Below, one piece after another: positions 62,468-64,000 of a stretch of DNA of 64,000 nt (position 1 is its first letter; every line of letters starts with the position of its first letter). The notes below the pieces were generated by a model that made no database searches, was not told the DNA's origin, and saw only the letters and a list, made by a program, of their open reading frames with translations. The position numbers and the translations under genes are program-made. The DNA lies in the NCBI GenBank assembly GCA_035084275.1, contig CM068745.1, positions 15,252,001-15,316,000 on the forward strand, given 5' to 3'. Source of the stretch: Hydrolagus colliei (taxonomy: Eukaryota).

Positions 62468-63785
62468 TCAAGGCCATTCGCAGCCTTGCCCCCGCCTATC
62501 TCTCTGACCTGCTGTCTCCCTATCAGCCTGCCCGCACTCTCCGTTTAACAGACTCAGGCCTGTTCCGCGTCCACCATCCTAACCGCCCGACCATCGGCGG
62601 CCGGGCTTTCAGCCTCTCTGCTCCCACACTGTGGAATTCCATCCCGCAGCCCCTCTGCCTTGCTTCCTCCCTTTCCTCTTCGACTGTGCCTTTGGCTGCC
62701 CCACTAACTCTTCCCTCTCTCCCACTCTCCTTCCCCTTCCCCCTATTTCAAGAGGTGGCAAGGTGGAGAGACTGAAGGAGATTGTTCCTGTTTTGGGGAA
62801 TAGTGGCTGAAATGGCAACCTATAATGGTGTGGTGGAGAGTGCGAGCGATGAGCAGGAGGTCGCTGCCAGTTGGGGATTGGGGAATGAGGAAGTCAGAGA
62901 GGTAGGGAAGTGTCAGGGAGTGAATGGATTTGAACACAAATGTGAGGATCTTGAAGTAGATCCATTCGGTGATGGGAAGCCTGGCCAGAACTGGTGAGAT
63001 GTGGGTACCTACAGTTTGGTCCAGGTCAGTTTGCGGGCGGCAGAATTCTGAATGAGCTGGTTCATTTGAATGGTGGAGCTAGAGAAGTTTAAATGTTTAA
63101 AGTGGAAGAATGAAAAAGGTAGAGGCATTAAGAATTAGGATTAGAGTAATTAACTTTGGTAAATGAGACATGAGACAAAACATTGTGGGTTGAAGCTCAC
63201 ATTGGGACTTTGAACTCACATAATCTAGGCCAACACTCCAGTGCGATAATAATGATTTGATGTTCCATCTTTCAATAAGATGTCAAACTGCCTGTTCAAT
63301 AAGACAGTGAGTTTCTCTCAGTGTCTGCCCACAATCCCCCAGGTAAGATTGATCATTCACTTCATGGCTGTTTGGTATACTTTACTGCACCCCAAATTGA
63401 CTACCATGTTTGCCAACAAAATCCAGTTTGCTACACTTTGTGGAATCTTTTTGAGACGTCCTCCCGATGTGAAAGACACCATATGAAATGTAAGGATTGT
63501 TGTTATTTATCAAACATTAAGTAACTATCTCACAATTTCTTTCAACCAGGAAGGGCATCAACTAATAATAATAATAATAATGATGATCATCTTTGCATTT
63601 GATATAGCACATCGAGACGTCGATAAGATGTGAAAAGCACTATGTCAAATGCAAGGATTATTATTATTTATTATTACTGAGACTTGTGTAAAATAATGAG
63701 ATTCAATGAGCATGCTACATCTTGTTTCAGTGATGAAATAACAATGATACCTTCAGTAAAGGGAGCTGTTTACAGCACTACTTAC

Positions 63786-63891
63786 CTTCTGCATTCAGGT
63801 GCATGGTTTCAAAGGGTCCCATAAAAGAATAGCGCATTCCTAATCCTGCAGACATCATAAGGTCTATGTCCTTCGGCGATATTACACCTTC
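63786..63891 (-). CDS. CRYL1: CRYL1 third-from-last coding exon (106 bp); the rest of the gene lies beyond the window
   Basis: ctttattAG|GAA...GAA G|GTAAG; [35 protein letters not shown](G) matches CRYL1 [36 protein letters not shown]. Confidence 0.95.
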
Positions 63892-64000
63892 CTAATAAAG
63901 AGCAAACAGAATGACTAAATAAACAGTATAAACGTAAAGACCACAGGATTTTAATTATTTGCTAAGATAAGCTGCATTGTAATTTAAAATTATAATAGTC

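Larger units (their letters stand above)
61430..62700 (+). mobile_element. L2 fragment split by a DNA-transposon-like insertion
   Basis: L2 sequence stops at ...cctcactttcaagg (61774) and resumes at tcaaggcc... (62468). Confidence 0.88.

Overview
Vertebrate (eukaryotic) genomic DNA, AT-rich and repeat-dense. The repeat content (tRNA/Deu-domain SINEs with L2-type tails, L2 and CR1 LINE fragments) suggests a cartilaginous fish, probably a holocephalan; this species call is an inference. The window is the syntenic counterpart of the human GJA3-GJB2/GJB6-CRYL1 (DFNB1) region, with all genes on the minus strand: GJA3/Cx46 (single coding exon 4202-5419), one beta-connexin with a Cx30-like tail (17221-18018) where mammals have both GJB2 and GJB6, and the last three coding exons of CRYL1 (63786-63891, 50202-50308, 47503-47607). 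The CRYL1 exons are absent from the ORF track and were read by hand. Most other ORFs are transposon fragments or noise, and there is no CRISPR or other prokaryotic system. Best leads: the mosaic beta-connexin retaining a CO2-carbamylation-type motif, a covarying 3' stem-loop shared by SINE and L2 tails, a TIR element with a 6-bp target-site duplication, a fold-back element with a hammerhead-like core, an unclassified old repeat forming a ~1.3 kb inverted pair in a CRYL1 intron, and a Maf/Sox motif cluster in a transposon-poor zone upstream of GJA3. Repeat boundaries were estimated by eye.
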